Part shown: one piece after another, positions 47,390-51,536 of the stretch
Numbering within the stretch: position 1 is the first letter of the stretch
Layout of the letters: every line of letters begins with the position of its first letter
NCBI RefSeq assembly: GCF_001194135.2
Contig: NC_068983.1
Span: 90,290,160 to 90,341,695, forward strand
Direction: 5' to 3'
Source: Octopus bimaculoides
Taxonomy: Eukaryota
Length of the DNA stretch: 51,536 nucleotides
Translations under genes and position numbers: made by a program
Notes under the pieces: generated by a model
The model's input: the letters and a program-made list of their open reading frames with translations, nothing else
Databases searched by the model: none
What the model was told of the DNA's origin: nothing

Positions 47390-48224
47390 CAAGGTGTTTA
47401 AAAAAAATTGATATCATTTGAGATGTAAATATCCCAGAAACTACATAGTCAAAGCAAATAAAACTAAACAGGCTTAATGTTAAGCAACATAAGATTCATT
47501 CCTCCAAATTTAAATGAGAAATTCAAAGGTATGTGGATTTCATGAATGATTTCACAAATGTTCAATATGTGCACTGCCTGAGACACGGCACACATCAAGT
47601 CGGTAGTCTGGCTCCTCCCAAACACGCTGCAGCATGTCTTGGGTAACAGTCTCCAGTGCAGTAGTGATTCTCTGCTTAAGTTCCTCTAGGATTGCAGGAA
47701 GAGGGAGGGGAATAGACCAGGCCCTTCACATAGCCCCTTGTTTGCGCTTTCGCTTGTCATCTGCCATTATGGCCTGAATGAGCTGCAGCTTGTAGGGTTT
47801 CACTCGCAAGTGTTTCCTCAGCACAGGCCAAACTGTTGTTGGAAGAATCTGGGTTTTCAGACTTGTTCTTCTTATGGACTTCTTGGGGCTTCGCAAGAGT
47901 TATTGGCAAACCCGCTTGACTGTCCCTTCCAAAGTTAGTGGTCATCCAGATCCTTTTGCCCTGCACAGACAGCCTTCCTCTTTGAATTTTTTGTGCCATG
48001 TCCAAACTGCATTACCATTGGTGACTTTTTAGAGAACTCTCTCACACTGCATGCTGCATAATCTTGTTCAACTGTGTTCGAGCATACTCCAACACACAAA
48101 ACGCCTTTTCTCTTCAAGTGAATGCCATTTCTATACCCTGAAATTTTGACCTGTTTCTACACATGCTGTTAAAATTTGAAGTCATTTGAACAAGAACTGG
48201 CAAAGTTATTAGATAGCGAAATGA
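47390..48224 (-). mobile_element. Tc1/mariner-superfamily element, internally deleted; right TIR runs into N gap
   Basis: TA|caaggtgtttaaaaaaaattgatatcattt at the left; aaatgat at 48218-48224 starts the matching inverted end. Frameshifted transposase: KGSGRP, TVWPVLRKHLRVKPYKLQL, LEELKQRITTALETVTQDMLQRVWEEPDYRLDVCRVSGSAHIEHL*. Confidence 0.8.
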
Positions 48225-49221
48225 TNNNNNNNNNNNNNNNNNNNNNNNNNNNNNNNNNNNNNNNNNNNNNNNNNNNNNNNNNNNNNNNNNNNNNNNNNNN
48301 NNNNNNNNNNNNNNNNNNNNNNNNNNNNNNNNNNNNNNNNNNNNNNNNNNNNNNNNNNNNNNNNNNNNNNNNNNNNNNNNNNNNNNNNNNNNNNNNNNNN
48401 NNNNNNNNNNNNNNNNNNNNNNNNNNNNNNNNNNNNNNNNNNNNNNNNNNNNNNNNNNNNNNNNNNNNNNNNNNNNNNNNNNNNNNNNNNNNNNNNNNNN
48501 NNNNNNNNNNNNNNNNNNNNNNNNNNNNNNNNNNNNNNNNNNNNNNNNNNNNNNNNNNNNNNNNNNNNNNNNNNNNNNNNNNNNNNNNNNNNNNNNNNNN
48601 NNNNNNNNNNNNNNNNNNNNNNNNNNNNNNNNNNNNNNNNNNNNNNNNNNNNNNNNNNNNNNNNNNNNNNNNNNNNNNNNNNNNNNNNNNNNNNNNNNNN
48701 NNNNNNNNNNNNNNNNNNNNNNNNNNNNNNNNNNNNNNNNNNNNNNNNNNNNNNNNNNNNNNNNNNNNNNNNNNNNNNNNNNNNNNNNNNNNNNNNNNNN
48801 NNNNNNNNNNNNNNNNNNNNNNNNNNNNNNNNNNNNNNNNNNNNNNNNNNNNNNNNNNNNNNNNNNNNNNNNNNNNNNNNNNNNNNNNNNNNNNNNNNNN
48901 NNNNNNNNNNNNNNNNNNNNNNNNNNNNNNNNNNNNNNNNNNNNNNNNNNNNNNNNNNNNNNNNNNNNNNNNNNNNNNNNNNNNNNNNNNNNNNNNNNNN
49001 NNNNNNNNNNNATGGTCAGAGTGAAGACTATTGAAAAGGTTGCAAGACGCAACGAAAATTTTAGGAAAATAAAAATAAGAAATAAGTGGAAATTTTAAGG
49101 GTGTGTGTGTTAAATTTTAAGGCACAATAAGGAAATGACTCTCCCCAGACACAATATAAGCTAATGTTTTACCATAAGTATATATACATGTGTGTATGGA
49201 ATTGTATATGTATGCATATTG

Positions 49222-49263
<42 letters not shown>

Positions 49264-49663
49264 ATATTAGGATAAATACTTTATAAGAATTTATCAAGGA
49301 TTTTCCTCATAAGGAAAAAAAAAACCCATCATTTTTTTCCATAAATATATATAATTTAATTTATATAAGGGCATTACTATACAATAATGCCTCACGCTTA
49401 GAGGGACTCCATAAGTTAAAACTACCAAAATAAGCACATTTTTACCGATCGCGAGGGAATGCAACTTTCAAAGGTAACTACCTAAAAACTTTTAACTTAA
49501 CAGTAAACCAATGGTTTCATAATTAATGCAGCAAACTATGCAGTAGACTGCATCCTTTATTCATCAGTACACATATGGTCAAAACACATAAAAATAAACA
49601 AGAATCAATATACCCTGATGAACACACTCCATATATTCAGCACAGTACACAGACCAGGGATGA

Positions 49664-49820
49664 ACAATCTCCTCAAATTTCTTGTTAGCTCCTCTGTATA
49701 CCCGGATTCTATCTTTCTGGCTGTATCCCGAAAATTGCATGCGATGCATGAAGTCTTGAATATGTTTTTGCCCCTCCCATGGACTGCACAGGGGGGATAT
49801 GTTTTTCATTATTCTAACTT
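49664..49820 (-). mobile_element. Inverted short copy of the PLE at 51063
   Basis: 157-bp reverse complement of 51063-51219 with about 3 differences. Confidence 0.9.
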
Positions 49821-49849
49821 CGTAGGATTTTCGAGCAAGATCGTTGACA

Positions 49850-50535
49850 GTGCCCCTGGACTGGCTCTTGTGCGGGTGGCACATAAAATACTCCATTTTG
49901 AGCGTGGCCGTTGCCAGTACNNNNNNNNNNNNNNNNNNNNNNNNNNNNNNNNNNNNNNNNNNNNNNNNNNNNNNNNNNNNNNNNNNNNNNNNNNNNNNNN
50001 NNNNNNNNNNNNNNNNNNNNNNNNNNNNNNNNNNNNNNNNNNNNNNNNNNNNNNNNNNNNNNNNNNNNNNNNNNNNNNNNNNNNNNNNNNNNNNNNNNNN
50101 NNNNNNNNNNNNNNNNNNNNNNNNNNNNNNNNNNNNNNNNNNNNNNNNNNNNNNNNNNNNNNNNNNNNNNNNNNNNNNNNNNNNNNNNNNNNNNNNNNNN
50201 NNNNNNNNNNNNNNNNNNNNNNNNNNNNNNNNNNNNNNNNNNNNNNNNNNNNNNNNNNNNNNNNNNNNNNNNNNNNNNGGCACATAAAATACACCATTTT
50301 GAGCATGGCCGTTGCCAGTACCGGCTGATTGGCCTTCGTGTGGGTGACACGTAAAAGCACCCACTACACTCACTGAGTGGTTGGCGTTAGGAAGGGCATC
50401 CAGCCGTAGAAACTCTGCCAAATCAGATTGGAGCCTGGTGTAGCCATCTGGTTTCACCACTCCTCAGTCAAATCGTCCAACCCATGCTAGCATGGAAAGC
50501 GGATGTTAAACGACGATGATGATGATGATGATGAT
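49850..50535 (+). mobile_element. RTE 3' UTR with subrepeats (part in N gap), (GAT)n tail
   Basis: ggcacataaaatac.ccattttgagc.tggccgttgccagtac units on both sides of the gap; canonical tail to ~50535. Confidence 0.85.
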
Positions 50536-51062
50536 TTAAAAAAATATATCGATTTGATGAAACCTCATTATATTTATACAGTATTTTATTATTCTTGAAA
50601 AACTTGTTTTTATTAATGGTATTAAAACAGCTGTAATTTATGAGATGTGTCATTTGTTTGTATAAAATAATAAAATTCAGTTGAATTTATCATTTCATGA
50701 TTTAATTCTAAATCCATGACGTTGGACAAGAATATTTTCGCGAAACGATCGTAAGATAAGTTTAGATTGCCAACATACACATATATGCACTCACACATAC
50801 ATATTTTTATATTTAAACTTATATTTATTATTATATTTTTACATCTATTTTTTTATATATATAATATAATATTTTCTACATTTTTATAACTTAAGGCAAA
50901 AAGTATGTGATATAAAAAATATATATCCTTTTGAAAGCTTCCAACATATCTACATATGTTTTTTATAAATATATATAATAGCTCGTATTAACTGTATTAA
51001 TATTTTGAAATTTATAAAAAAATTTTAATATTGATACCATAATATATACAAGCACTCAATAT

Positions 51063-51536
51063 AAGTTAGAATAATGAAAAACATATCCCCCCTGTGCAGT
51101 CCATGAGAGGGGCAAAAACATATTCAAGACTTCATGCATCGCATGCAATTTTCAGGATACAGCCAGAAAGATAGAATCCGGGTATACAGAGGAGCTAACG
51201 AGAAATTTGAGGAGATTGTTGTCAAAGATACAAATGGAACACAACCTAGATACCGTAACAAACAGTGGAATAGACTACAAAGGATTAGTGACAAAACAAA
51301 CAAAAAGACCATGTGGTACAATACCGACAAGTTCCAGGGAGTAATGTTTGTGGACGCCACGCCACATGGAGAACTAGCCTGCAAATTTCGAAAAATCCTC
51401 AAAAGTACCAAGTTGAGGATAAATGTTATAGAAAAACCAGGGAGATCAATTAGATCAATAATATGTAAAACATATCCCTTCAGAAGAACAAGGTGTGTTG
51501 AGGAGAGTTGCATTGTGTGCAAAAATAGTCCTGCAA
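51063..51536 (+). mobile_element. Penelope-like element (Neptune-like) RT thumb/linker fragment, runs off window
   Basis: FMHRMQFSGYSQKDRIRVY...MWY...VMFVDATPHGELA...INVIEKPGRSIRSIICKTYPF...C..ESC.VC. Confidence 0.7.

Noticed and set aside
49520-49630. Two CUGAUGA motifs (minus ~49567, plus ~49616) near the PLE fragment
   Set aside because: No stem II plus GAAA arrangement in either case.
15551-50460. Long ORFs in the track made mostly of X
   Set aside because: Artefacts of N gaps read through in frame.

Overview
Eukaryotic, AT-rich, gap-containing and almost entirely repeat-derived sequence. The RTE/(GAT)n, tRNA-SINE, R4/Dong and Penelope content looks like a cephalopod (Octopus-like) draft assembly; that assignment is inference. 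The only host coding sequence I can support is two in-frame spliced exons (14000-14164 and 15045-15226, + strand) of an F-box gene best matching FBXO16. Neither exon appears in the supplied ORF track. The rest is mostly decayed mobile DNA: RTE, R4/Dong, CR1 and HERO-like non-LTR elements; three Penelope-like (PLE) coding fragments; two SINE families; a solo LTR with a 4-bp TSD; mariner/Tc1 and Merlin DNA transposons; a ~4.7 kb decayed Rep-Helicase Helitron; and a tRNA-Gly(TCC) pseudogene. The most notable structures are a PLE-type hammerhead ribozyme with a single core mutation (6598-6651, -), a three-unit head-to-tail Helitron array (37916-43800, -), a ~550-bp element repeatedly sitting in (AAT)n microsatellites, and several inverted/foldback duplications. 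There are no prokaryotic features or CRISPR arrays. All element names come from recognising motifs by eye, not from database searches. Most element boundaries are approximate.
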